A stretch of 46,974 nucleotides of DNA from Bacteroidota bacterium (GCA_016928255.1 JAFGLB010000037.1:1-46974); one strand, 5' to 3'. Counted from the first letter of the stretch, positions 9,401 to 18,280 are shown. Translations and numbers: made by a program. The notes: generated by a model from the letters alone, not told the origin.

Positions 9401-9638
9401 GTCCGAAAATGCTTTCAGCTGCTTTTGCAGCTTCGCGTGCGGTTCTTTCTGCGCCGTCATGGAAATGGACAAGAAAATGCTCCGTCTCAATTGTCTGCCA
9501 GTTGAGCTCAGGATGAAAAAATTCATCCTGTGCAAAGCATACCGATGAAATTAGAAAAGTAAAAATCAAAATAAAGATAAGTCTATGATTCAAGTTGTCA
9601 CACCGATTTTTGAAAGATTTGTTAAAAACCGCCGGCAT
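6465..9638 (-). CDS. Outer-membrane protein: gluzincin (peptidase MA-like) domain, PD40/TolB-like propeller and Omp85/BamA-type barrel
   Basis: WQTIETEHF, HEFTH plus WFAEG, repeated P.FSPDG motifs, MRGY loop motif and terminal beta strands. Start moved from 9746 to ATG 9638 (or TTG 9593) to avoid overlap with the upstream gene. Confidence 0.75.
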   Translation of the reverse strand: MPAVFNKSFKNRCDNLNHRLIFILIFTFLISSVCFAQDEFFHPELNWQTIETEHFLVHFHDGAERTAREAAKAAESIFGPVTSLYDHEPDQRVSIIIRDHDDYSNGGAYFYDNKIEIWAPSLDFELRGTHPWLLNVVTHEFTHIIQIQKSMKFGRKFPGIYLQWLGYEDEQRPDVLYGYPNVIASYPFSGFVIPMWFAEGTAQYNNPSLDYDYWDSHRDMILRMNMLEGTPLEWEEMGMFGKNSLGNESVYNSGFSLVEYISQKYGADKLKEISQKISAPLRLTIDGAIEESLGMTGEQLYNEWKLEKINQYKRMKDSLGTAIREGTIIENEGFGNFYPAFSPDGSKIAYVSNKGMDYLSLSGIYIYDLNTKESRMIKSGVRSSLSFSPDGRYLYYSRIDFDNPHWSGYGDIYKYDLSADDEQRLTYGLRASNPKISPDGRKLVFVYGKDGTANIGICDNDGSNIKNITGFQNGEQVYTPVWSADGKKTAFGYSTAHNQSVAFINSDGSGLAVSNHSGDCRNPFFASDSILYYSWNKGGIYNIYSLNLVTGVERQETNVLGGAFLPSVDKKGNLIFACYKSSGYKIALLQKESDKENLMHGTFTNNAPSFLAPQYPDSSARDEISFKKMPADSVPHSVRPYKPVFTNVLFMPFIRFDDYTQSKNILDIIKPGIYFTSSEVLNKMDIFGGAAINRNWERDIFLITEYRGQLPFLYQLGLEPVVSLELYSISRKRDISFDLYVNNPNHPYGLQTFYTDVSYSLFEFDISLKQKFVSELCEAKIVYALSRYNQDFGSWKHPLFREPIPATRSTYFIGNSFALQLKYDRIMRTVDREINPVGRLVTLKYFYDINKYNPRDSAEYKDGFRVPVYNKFNMNRLELNWTEHIQLPLDKQTLTLGVYAAGILGDSVDQFFDYYAGGFVGMRGYPFYAIGGNKSVSINATYRFPIFTELNFRILQLYFKKLYGSVFYDVGDAWTSDMPSFDKWKRDIGFELRLEAFSFYTMPTRIFFSGAYGLDKFSRSVRDINVTTVQYGREWRFYLGILFGFDLNAMAPRQFMR

Positions 9639-9640
9639 TT

Positions 9641-12600
9641 CTATTTTACAACGGCAATTTTTATCAGAGCTGTGCTGCTTTGAGCGGCTCCCTTTGCTTC
9701 GACGCGCGCAAGATAAATGCCGCTCTGGATATTTGAAACATGCCATATTATCTCGTTATCCATACCGGCTGTTCCTTTTCCCTTCAACTCTGTTATTTTT
9801 ACACCGGAAAGATCGATAATTGTTATTGTGATATCTGAATTTTCCGATGTATAATAGCGGATATGCGTTAAACTGCCGTAAACCGGATTCGGCCAGTTAT
9901 AAACGCGTGATTTCGGAAAGAACTCGCTGCTGATAGGCCTTGCGACCATTATGCTTGTATCCGCATTCAGGTGCTGCTCGCTTCCTAAGTGCTGGTACCA
10001 GTAAAAGACCCTGCCTGCTGTCGAGGTACCCGTAAGAAACGCATTTAATTCCCCGTCTTCTGTAATAACCGCTATACCTAATTTATTTTGCGGGTACGGA
10101 CTTTCATATAATACCGGCTGCGCTTTTCCGCCTGCCGCCTGGATCGGGAATCCGGTCTGTAATTTTCCATCTCCCTCATGGATCCACATTGCACCATTAT
10201 TTGTCATTAACAGAATTTCCGGCCTGGCATCGCCGTCAAAATCGGCAACTAGCGGTGTACCTGAAAATTCCAGCCCGGCTTTAACGGTTATCGGGAATCC
10301 GTCAAGCATCAGGCCCATGCGGTTAAGAACGACAACCCGGAGTTTTGATTGGATTATTATATCTTTTTCGCCGTCCCCGTCAATATCGGCTACGGCAGTT
10401 TCCTGAATCTCGTCTCCGTCCAAAACAATGTCGAAATTTTTATTTTGCAGAAATCCGTCGAATGAAACAACCCTGGTACCGTTCTTTTCAAATGCGGCAA
10501 TAAAATTACCTTTGGGTGAAACCGCTGCGGCCAGCATCCAGCCGTATGCAGAATTGGGAAGCTCAGCCGAATCCTGCTCGCTGTAGATATAATTTCCAGA
10601 TGTGAAATAGCTGCTCTCTGATGATGATCCCGGAAGAACCGCAATAGACGATACTTCACCCGTGCCCGCGGAACGTCCTGAAATCAGTCTGCCGTCTGCA
10701 CTGTATTTATAGAATCCTTTTTCAGCTCCTACCAGAATATACAACGAATCGAAATTTACAATACACGGAGACGCGGTAATTTTATTCTCTACTACTGCGG
10801 TCGTTAAGACTACTGGATCCCCTGCAGTTGAAATATTAAATATACGAAGAGTATCATCATTGGCGCTTACAGCCATTTCTGTATTGCCGGACAATTTGCA
10901 TACCGCAACACCAAAATCTGATTTTACCGCCGAGATGAGCGGCGAAAATCCGGGTGACAATCCATTGCCGTCATTTTTAAAAGCGTAAATCCCGTTTTCA
11001 GCAGGAATATAAATATGATTTCTGGTTGATGTGGGGTACAAATTGGTGTTCGAGAGTGTCCGGCACAAAGCGGAATCTTTAACCAGCACGCTATTTCCTA
11101 TTTCCACATCTATGGACATGCGTTCGGATCTTTGACTGAAATTATTTATTGCGATCAAACTGGCGGCGCCAGAATGACTATTGCTGTTCGGAAATGAATT
11201 CAGGTCAAAGCTGTTTTTATACAGAAAAGCCGGATTGCCGGAGAACCAGCAGTCGAGCGGACTGCCGTATTCGGTACCTGATTCGTATGAAAGATCTTCA
11301 TATTTCTGCCCGATATCTTTTGATCCGTCCGCTTCCTTCAATTCCACACCGCGATGTTCGATATCTGCATTCACGGTATTTGATTTCAAACCCTCCTTGA
11401 TAACATTCTCATCTATATGCCAAATCAGAATTCCGCCGCCGTCGTATTTATCTGTTGTGTCCGACATTTCACCTATAAGAGCCCAATCATAACTACTTAC
11501 ATCTACTACCGAACCTTTGATGGTGTCGATATCGTAATACTTGAAACCTTTTATATCTTTTTCAAAGTGTACGATCGAGTCGCCGTTCAGGCCGGCAAAT
11601 GTCAGGTAAATGCCTGCTCCGTATGGATTTCTAATTCTATTTTCAACCAGAAAATATTCTGAGTTATTAATCGGAATGCGGTAAATAGTATCTTCTGCGG
11701 CATCGTTTAATCCTACCGCAGGCACTGATAAATTCTGTACAGAATTACCGGCAGTAATCGGAGTTACCCAGCCCAGGAACACTTTTTCCCATGCATTAGG
11801 TTCGGGAGGAAATAATCCGTTATACGCGAAGAAGCCTGCACCGTCCATCAATCCGAATTGGCCTATCCCTGAACGGCCTGTTTTAGTATCGAACAGATCC
11901 GGCAATCGCAGATAACTGCCTATTGAAGCGGCAAATAATCCGTTAATGCTCAGGTTAAGCTTAACACCATCAATTTCTCTTGATTCCGTTTCGGGCAGAA
12001 TAATTGTGTTTTTCACATTACCGTTTACAAGGCCGTTAAATGCAGATTGGTTTAACGCAGCGGCCAGTGCGGTAGAATCCAGATATAAAGACGGAATATC
12101 GAACGGAGCCGGATTATATCCCAGAGAACTTAAAAGATCTATATCGCGCCCTACGCCTGCATGGAAAACAACAAACAAATCGTAATCGGCGAAATTAATT
12201 CCGGAATAACTGCTTTCTGCCGCAATCCAGCTCTCCTGTGCCAGCTCGGCCAGTTTTCTATTGTCTGCCATTGTTGTAGGCGGAGAGTAGCTGGACATAG
12301 TTTTTGCAAGTACAACCCGCTGTCCGAGCAGTTCGCCTTTTACCGTCAGTCTCCCGTCAGATACCTTGCGGAAATAATTCTCGACAAAACGTATTTTATT
12401 TCGAAAATAAACTGAATCATGCGGCGGCGGATCAACCTGCTCCCGTGATCCGGTCATTATGAAGGTACCGTCTCCGGTGGTTTCATCAGTATTATCTGTC
12501 TGGAATTCGACCATCACTGCAAGAATACGAACAGTATCGACCGAATTCGGCAAAATAGAATTGGAAAAAAAAGGGACATCTACACTGCCGAGACGATGAT

Positions 12601-12703
12601 TAATTTTGAATTGTATCTGCCCTTCTACTGAAGAACCGATAAGCAATAAAGCCAACACCCAGTTACGTATCACAGATATTCCTTTTTTTTCCATACAAAG
12701 CAT
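9641..12703 (-). CDS. T9SS cargo: M6 (immune inhibitor A)-like domain with degenerate zinc motif, FG-GAP repeats and C-terminal sorting domain
   Basis: ILAVMVEF, VFHAG, LPDLFD, GLMD, AWEKVFLGW, EYFLVENR, GILIWHID; ADIDGDG/ADFDGD repeats; YNWPNP...SGIYL...IKIAVVK CTD. Confidence 0.8.
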   Translation of the reverse strand: MLCMEKKGISVIRNWVLALLLIGSSVEGQIQFKINHRLGSVDVPFFSNSILPNSVDTVRILAVMVEFQTDNTDETTGDGTFIMTGSREQVDPPPHDSVYFRNKIRFVENYFRKVSDGRLTVKGELLGQRVVLAKTMSSYSPPTTMADNRKLAELAQESWIAAESSYSGINFADYDLFVVFHAGVGRDIDLLSSLGYNPAPFDIPSLYLDSTALAAALNQSAFNGLVNGNVKNTIILPETESREIDGVKLNLSINGLFAASIGSYLRLPDLFDTKTGRSGIGQFGLMDGAGFFAYNGLFPPEPNAWEKVFLGWVTPITAGNSVQNLSVPAVGLNDAAEDTIYRIPINNSEYFLVENRIRNPYGAGIYLTFAGLNGDSIVHFEKDIKGFKYYDIDTIKGSVVDVSSYDWALIGEMSDTTDKYDGGGILIWHIDENVIKEGLKSNTVNADIEHRGVELKEADGSKDIGQKYEDLSYESGTEYGSPLDCWFSGNPAFLYKNSFDLNSFPNSNSHSGAASLIAINNFSQRSERMSIDVEIGNSVLVKDSALCRTLSNTNLYPTSTRNHIYIPAENGIYAFKNDGNGLSPGFSPLISAVKSDFGVAVCKLSGNTEMAVSANDDTLRIFNISTAGDPVVLTTAVVENKITASPCIVNFDSLYILVGAEKGFYKYSADGRLISGRSAGTGEVSSIAVLPGSSSESSYFTSGNYIYSEQDSAELPNSAYGWMLAAAVSPKGNFIAAFEKNGTRVVSFDGFLQNKNFDIVLDGDEIQETAVADIDGDGEKDIIIQSKLRVVVLNRMGLMLDGFPITVKAGLEFSGTPLVADFDGDARPEILLMTNNGAMWIHEGDGKLQTGFPIQAAGGKAQPVLYESPYPQNKLGIAVITEDGELNAFLTGTSTAGRVFYWYQHLGSEQHLNADTSIMVARPISSEFFPKSRVYNWPNPVYGSLTHIRYYTSENSDITITIIDLSGVKITELKGKGTAGMDNEIIWHVSNIQSGIYLARVEAKGAAQSSTALIKIAVVK

Positions 12704-12744
12704 GCAAAATGAAATCTCTTAAAGAATCAGATTCTATCTTATAC

Positions 12745-13830
12745 TTACTCTCCACTGTCCCAGCCTATCGATAATGTGAGGCGTAATGTTCCGTCAAGCG
12801 GCTCTTCGCCTTCAAGTGTGCTGATGTATCCGAAATCGAAGCCGTAGAGGTCATATCTTATTCCCGCACCTACTGTCCAGAATTTTCTGTTGCCTTCACG
12901 AGGATCTTCATAGAAATATCCGGCGCGAACCGCTATCAATTTTGGCGAGCCGTACCAGTATTCCACACCCAGCATAGAATTGAACCTGCGCAATTGTTCG
13001 CTGATATTGCCCTGCGACCAGGTTGTAAAAATTGCTTCATAGAACTCGTCCGATTTGGCATCTCTTCTTCTTACCAACAGCCGGTTTACTTCAGCAGTGA
13101 CAGTAAGGTTGTTATATTCGCTCTGTAATGCTTTATAAGCTACACCGAGACGGAGGCTCATGGGAAGCGGATCCGCCTGTTCTCTATCCACATACGAAAT
13201 ATTAGGTCCGACATTAGCCAGCTTTAAGCCAAAGCTCATAGTAGTGTCAAGAAAATACGGTTTCCAGAGTAAGCCGACATCAAAGCAGAATCCGGAAGCA
13301 GTTCCGCTTCCGACTTCCATTCCTGCTCCCTGGTCGGCAAGATGCGAATAAATAAATCTTGCGGTGGTACCTATTCCAAGCTGATCGCTTATATTAGTAC
13401 TGTATGTAGCCGCAACAGCCAGCTCATAACCGGTAAATTTTCCGATAGGATCAGGTCCCGACGCACTCGTTCTGATAAATTCACCTAGATTTAAATACGT
13501 TAACTGGCCGCCGATAACTCCGTCGAGCATCTCAACAGGCTGTTTATAAGCCACATGTGCTATCCAGATATCGGAAAGGCCGAGGCCGGGAAGCCATTGA
13601 GTGTGAGTTAATGCCAGTTCTGAACCTTGCTGAAAAGCAAGTCCTGCCGGATTCCAGAACACAGCCCAAACATTATCCGCAATTGCCACGCCTGTTTCGC
13701 CCATACCGCCGGCACGTGAATCCGGTATAATAGTAATAAACGGTACAGCCGTAGTCTGCGTCTGTGCTTGCATAGTATTCTGAACAAATAATATGAATAC
13801 AGAGAGAACCGCTATAATCCTTTTTTTCAT
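12745..13830 (-). CDS. porV: Type IX secretion system outer-membrane shuttle PorV
   Basis: TTAVPFITIIPDSRAGGMGE, FWNPAGLAF, WLPGL, NVGPNISY, RAGYFYE...GNRKFWTVGAG; immediately downstream of porU; GGAGG SD. Confidence 0.9.
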   Translation of the reverse strand: MKKRIIAVLSVFILFVQNTMQAQTQTTAVPFITIIPDSRAGGMGETGVAIADNVWAVFWNPAGLAFQQGSELALTHTQWLPGLGLSDIWIAHVAYKQPVEMLDGVIGGQLTYLNLGEFIRTSASGPDPIGKFTGYELAVAATYSTNISDQLGIGTTARFIYSHLADQGAGMEVGSGTASGFCFDVGLLWKPYFLDTTMSFGLKLANVGPNISYVDREQADPLPMSLRLGVAYKALQSEYNNLTVTAEVNRLLVRRRDAKSDEFYEAIFTTWSQGNISEQLRRFNSMLGVEYWYGSPKLIAVRAGYFYEDPREGNRKFWTVGAGIRYDLYGFDFGYISTLEGEEPLDGTLRLTLSIGWDSGE

Positions 13831-13963
13831 TTAAGTGACCTCCAGACTGTTAATTTAAAATGCTTTTCATTTTTCTTATTGATTCATATAATGCAGTTTG
13901 CTAGAAATCTTAGAAAATCAAAAGTAATATCGGGTTTTTAACACCATTTTCGAGAATTCTATT

Positions 13964-14021
13964 GGGCTAAAGCCCGCTCCATTTTGTTTATTCAGTTCCA
14001 CGACCTAAAGGTCGTGGCAAT
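13964..14021. repeat. Pair of TAAA-loop palindromes (REP / IS200-IS605-end-like element)
   Basis: GGGC-TAAA-GCCC (13964-13975) and CCACGACC-TAAA-GGTCGTGG (13998-14017) followed by CAAT. Confidence 0.55.
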
Positions 14022-14090
14022 TCATCTAATGAAAACAATTTATTTTCTCTGCATATTATCAGTATTAATAAAATTTTTCCCCTCGTTTCG

Positions 14091-17000
14091 TTAACGTACT
14101 ACTGCAAGCTTTCCTATTGCTTCGCTTGTATTGCGGCCGTCCAGGGTTCGGGCAATTAATTTATACAGGTAGACGCCATTAGCAATCTCTCCGCCGTCGC
14201 TGTCTCTTCCATCCCAGGGGATCTTCACAGAACGGTCTGTAATATTATAAGCGTTCAGCCTGCCTATCAGCCTTCCTGCTATCGTATAAATTTTTACCTC
14301 GACATCAACCGGGTCAACACCGGTTCTTTGGAAAGTAAATGTGGTGGAGCTTGTAAATGGATTCGGGTAATTTACTACATTGAGCAGGGAGAGGTTATCC
14401 GCAAGCGTTATTGTAAAATAAACCTCTGCTTCCGCCGAATTGTTTTGTATATCCCATGCCTTTACACGAAGAGTGTATTTGCCTTCACCCAGGTCATTCA
14501 ACTGGTACCGCGCTTCGCCGGATTTATATGTATCGTAATCGCTCTGGTAATAGTTAGACAGGTTAATAATACGTTCATCGTTATTTATAGAAGCCGACAG
14601 CTGGTGGCCGACGCCTGCAGCCGATGTATTGATGCCGCTCTCGTCGTAAAATTTCACTATCAGCGTCGGATTGATATTCACGGCATCCCCGGAACGGAAA
14701 TCCAGGTCATTCATATAGACTGAAATTTGAGGCCCCTCGCCGTCGTTATTTGCAGATGCAGCAGAATCAACACCGTTTATCATAATATTTTCAGTATAAC
14801 CTGTCCCGTCAACTGCATCGTTCCATGCATACATCGATATTCTTGACCTGTTTCCGAAAGTGACATCCTTCGGGATCGGAATTGTCGCATTGAATTTTCC
14901 ATCCTGAATAGTCACTCCCCCCCGGTACAACAGACTGCCTTTTTTCTTGAAAATAAATGTTGCACTACCTTCCGTAATCTGGACATCCCTTTGTGAATCG
15001 AAAACCTGCAGTATTCCCTTTCCCTGAAAAGAAGTAACGGGTGTGCCGTCATTCAATCTCATCGAACCCCGAACGGGGACGTGCGCCAGCGATTTCATTT
15101 CCACCAGACTTGTTGCCGGGTGTCCGTTCACGCTGTCGATAGAGGTTACATTCTTCGGTGCAGTCAACCTTAATGTGGGATCGGCAAATAAATGAAACTT
15201 TTGTGCGTTCTCAACATCATCATTGCCTGCACTCGCGAGAATAGTTGATTTAGCATATTTTGAGGCATCACCAAGCCGTGAAGCTCTTCCATTTGCATCT
15301 TTTAAAAACAAATACTCGAAAAAAGCATTATTCAAATTGACATTCCGTGTATTTTGAACTGCACGAGATGCCGCGTATGTTCCAATAGCGCCATTTTCCA
15401 TTGTTACAAGCTGTTCGCCTGAACTTAAGACATTTGGACCGTCGTACTTACTATATGAACAAGTCGCTGCAAATATGAAAGGTAATTTATCCTTATTCTT
15501 AAGTTTAGGAAATTCGTCGTCTTGAACAAATATATGCTCATGCGCCCATAATTGATCGTTTCCATGTCCGATAAAATTCATGAATAACGTTCCCTGATTT
15601 ATCGCTTCAACAATTGCTTTATTCGCATCAGGTTTTCTGCGGCCTGACGCACTGTTTACTGTGGGGTATTCGATGATAAAAATCTTCTTTACTTCAAATT
15701 TCTTTGCCGAATTACTCTCCGCAAATCTTTCTGACGGATGGGTATATATTGCTTCATCGTCTCTTTCCGGCGTCCACCCGTCGTCTGCAACAAATGTCAG
15801 AACATTCCGCCAGGCGGAGGAATCAGCAAACGCATTTGTCTCATATGAAATGATTTTATTGACCACAATCGATGCTTCTTCGGCACTTCTTACCGGAAGA
15901 CGTCCAATCGCGGCAAAATATACATTTACATTCGGATCCAAAAGTACAAATTTATCATCTGTCGGATAACTCGAGTTTACTATATTAAACGACTCTTCCG
16001 GCTCGAACGGCGGAATCCAGTTCTTTTTGCTTGTAGTCTTATTTTTATAGTCAAAATGGCCCCATCCAAAAAGCAGAAAATACTGCGGCGCACCTGTCCA
16101 ATTATCCCGGGTATATCTTACAAATTCACGTATTGCCAGAACATCCGGTATCCCTCCTCCGAATTCACTGTAAATATGATTGATATCCACAACCAATGTG
16201 CGAAGGCTATCGCGTGTTTCCCTGTGTGTTTTCAACTGATTTGCCTGAGTTAAAAATTCAGTCGGTGAGATTATGACAAAATCATACTGCGATTGCGTAT
16301 TATGTAAATTTATCGTGTTATCAATTTTTACCGGCGGAACGGGAGTTTTATACCCGTTCGTACCGATTACAGCAATTTCGCGGACAGTTCTGCTTGCCAG
16401 CTGCACCTGAATCCGGCACATAGTCGGATCAGCTGAATAAAATTTCAATTCCTTAACATTGCCATGCTCTGTGACATCAAATGCACGTACATTTCCTGAA
16501 AAATTGCTGATGTCATATTGTACAATATCGTCGAAACTGTCGTGCGTATGGAAGAACAAGGCATCGTTCACCGCTTCGAAATTCCGGTCATAGAACATTT
16601 CTATCCAATCCAGCCAGGTTTTGGACTCCTGGTTCCCTGTTACCTGGATCTTTATTTCGCCTGCTCCAGTAGTATTCCCCCATGCTGTAAATGATACTTC
16701 TGATGCATAATAATCACTGCTGCCGCCCCTGTTTAAAGTATTTTTCAGTATAGACTGGCCGTTTTCAAAAATTTCCAGATTATCAACATATGAGGAATTG
16801 CGCAAAAATTTGAATTTATACGTCACTTTACTCGATGCCATAAGCCCGTGGAAAGTTCTGTTATATGCTGCTTCATCGGTACCTGAAAAATATTCTCCAG
16901 CCCACCTGCGCCCTGAATTCTGCAGGTTAAATTTTTCCTCTTCAATAAACATTTTTTCCTGGAAGCCTGTAGGTTTTATTGCAGAAGGCGAGACTGCAGA

Positions 17001-18062
17001 TGCAGAGACCGTATCCATCTGTCTGCCGTTACCCTGGTTATATGTAAAGAAATAAAAATTTTTTTCAGAGTAAGGATTGATATAATGCTTAAAGTTGCTG
17101 CTTCCGTCATAGACGTAATTCCAGCCGCTCGTACCGCGTCCGAAGAATATTATATAATCATCAGGATCAAAAACACCATTGCTGTTTTGGTCGCAGACCA
17201 GCCGGGAAATTTCCTCCAGCCCGTTGGGTCTTGGAGTAGTATTATCGTCAGGTATCGCCTGCCCGCCGTTCCCGAACAAGCGGATGGAATTTATATCTGT
17301 AATATTAAGGCCGCTGAAATATGAATATCCCAGTTTGTACATTCCAGTTTCAGTCACGTCGATCCGGTACCAGCTGCCCTGAGTGAGCGGAAAATCTGTT
17401 TTGGCGGATTGTTTATAACTTGCCTTTATCATTTTCTGCAGATGGGCTTTTGAGGGCTTCTCGCCTCTCATCAGGCAAGTCGATTTTAAACCAGCTGGGA
17501 AAGAATTTCTAAAATCGATTCTGACAACGATGCGTGAATAGATCCTTGCCTTTTCTCTATCGACTGCCTGTACGGGGTGCAGAACAAGAGTCCCGACATG
17601 CCCTATACTTGTTTTTCCCACGTTTGTCATTGCTGCAAGTATTTTTTGTTCAGGCGCGTAAGCAGTTCTTTCGAAACTTGAATCATCATAGGTTTCTGAA
17701 TAGCCTAATTCCTTGAGTTCTATAATAGTTGGTTTCGGCAGCAGTTTTACAGAATCTCTGGTCTGGTATTCGCTTGCGATCACTTGAAGCGAGAACCCGT
17801 CCGACGGCAAGAGTAAAAGCAAGGGCCGTATAAAATCCGTTCTTCCGGACGAATCGTACGCAGTTTGACTGCCGTAGAATAGAAACCGGGTAAATACAGT
17901 CCCCTGGTTTCCGGTCACGTATTCGGTTTTAATTTGCGGTGTAAATTCAATGACCAGTGAAGACTGGTCTTCGCTTAAAACACGTATATCGGTCATAAGC
18001 TGTGCATCGACAGCTGTAACTGCGAGTACACAGGCGAAGAAGAGTAAGATTGATTTTTTCAT
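14091..18062 (-). CDS. porU: Type IX secretion system sortase PorU (peptidase C25, gingipain fold)
   Basis: L..GSWYRIDV..TGMYKL, IGRLPV, FVADDG, catalytic FIGHG...WAHE and AATC, D.EGPQI, KAWD..NNS, NYPNPF CTD. Confidence 0.92.
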   Translation of the reverse strand: MKKSILLFFACVLAVTAVDAQLMTDIRVLSEDQSSLVIEFTPQIKTEYVTGNQGTVFTRFLFYGSQTAYDSSGRTDFIRPLLLLLPSDGFSLQVIASEYQTRDSVKLLPKPTIIELKELGYSETYDDSSFERTAYAPEQKILAAMTNVGKTSIGHVGTLVLHPVQAVDREKARIYSRIVVRIDFRNSFPAGLKSTCLMRGEKPSKAHLQKMIKASYKQSAKTDFPLTQGSWYRIDVTETGMYKLGYSYFSGLNITDINSIRLFGNGGQAIPDDNTTPRPNGLEEISRLVCDQNSNGVFDPDDYIIFFGRGTSGWNYVYDGSSNFKHYINPYSEKNFYFFTYNQGNGRQMDTVSASAVSPSAIKPTGFQEKMFIEEEKFNLQNSGRRWAGEYFSGTDEAAYNRTFHGLMASSKVTYKFKFLRNSSYVDNLEIFENGQSILKNTLNRGGSSDYYASEVSFTAWGNTTGAGEIKIQVTGNQESKTWLDWIEMFYDRNFEAVNDALFFHTHDSFDDIVQYDISNFSGNVRAFDVTEHGNVKELKFYSADPTMCRIQVQLASRTVREIAVIGTNGYKTPVPPVKIDNTINLHNTQSQYDFVIISPTEFLTQANQLKTHRETRDSLRTLVVDINHIYSEFGGGIPDVLAIREFVRYTRDNWTGAPQYFLLFGWGHFDYKNKTTSKKNWIPPFEPEESFNIVNSSYPTDDKFVLLDPNVNVYFAAIGRLPVRSAEEASIVVNKIISYETNAFADSSAWRNVLTFVADDGWTPERDDEAIYTHPSERFAESNSAKKFEVKKIFIIEYPTVNSASGRRKPDANKAIVEAINQGTLFMNFIGHGNDQLWAHEHIFVQDDEFPKLKNKDKLPFIFAATCSYSKYDGPNVLSSGEQLVTMENGAIGTYAASRAVQNTRNVNLNNAFFEYLFLKDANGRASRLGDASKYAKSTILASAGNDDVENAQKFHLFADPTLRLTAPKNVTSIDSVNGHPATSLVEMKSLAHVPVRGSMRLNDGTPVTSFQGKGILQVFDSQRDVQITEGSATFIFKKKGSLLYRGGVTIQDGKFNATIPIPKDVTFGNRSRISMYAWNDAVDGTGYTENIMINGVDSAASANNDGEGPQISVYMNDLDFRSGDAVNINPTLIVKFYDESGINTSAAGVGHQLSASINNDERIINLSNYYQSDYDTYKSGEARYQLNDLGEGKYTLRVKAWDIQNNSAEAEVYFTITLADNLSLLNVVNYPNPFTSSTTFTFQRTGVDPVDVEVKIYTIAGRLIGRLNAYNITDRSVKIPWDGRDSDGGEIANGVYLYKLIARTLDGRNTSEAIGKLAVVR

Positions 18063-18106
18063 AAAAAAAAAGCCGATCGAGAAATTTTGGTTATCTCGTT
18101 CGGCTT
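18063..18106 (-). terminator. Intrinsic terminator in the porU leader
   Basis: AAGCCGAACGAGA / TCTCGATCGGCTT stem (12 of 13 bp) followed by a T run that abuts the porU ATG. Confidence 0.75.
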
Positions 18107-18120
18107 AAAATATATGTTAA

Positions 18121-18226
18121 GAGAGCTTCAGCCGAACTTGAATAAGGTTCCTACGGCAAATACAATCCCTAACTTTTTCCACGACAATTTAGGAATGAAC
18201 CTTTATCAAGCCTTCGATAAACTCTC
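18121..18226 (-). ncRNA. Unassigned structured leader RNA (rod-like hairpin of about 106 nt)
   Basis: Nested helices GAGAGTTT/AAGCTCTC, TCGAA/TTCGG, CTTGA/TCAAG, AAGGTTC/GAACCTT, ATTCCTAA/TTAGGGAT; three G-U pairs favour the minus strand. Confidence 0.55.
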
Positions 18227-18251
18227 CATTAATAGTAAGCAACTAGTGATT

Positions 18252-18280
18252 AAGATAATAAACTGATTGAATATTGTCAA
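18252..18280 (-). promoter_or_regulatory. Sigma70-type promoter for the porU leader
   Basis: TTGACA-17 nt-TATCTT on the minus strand. Confidence 0.65.

Noticed and set aside
9639-9746. 106-nt overlap of two large genes
   Set aside because: ORF-caller artefact; a downstream start at 9638 or 9593 gives a normal signal peptide. The long starts called for hslU, nuoB and the 34250 ORF are the same kind of artefact.
18121-18226. Known riboswitch (TPP-like CGTAGGAA, c-di-GMP-like GGCAAA) or SRP RNA
   Set aside because: The remaining conserved cores (CTGAGA/CCTGA, GNRA-receptor arrangement, SRP helix 8) are missing; left unassigned
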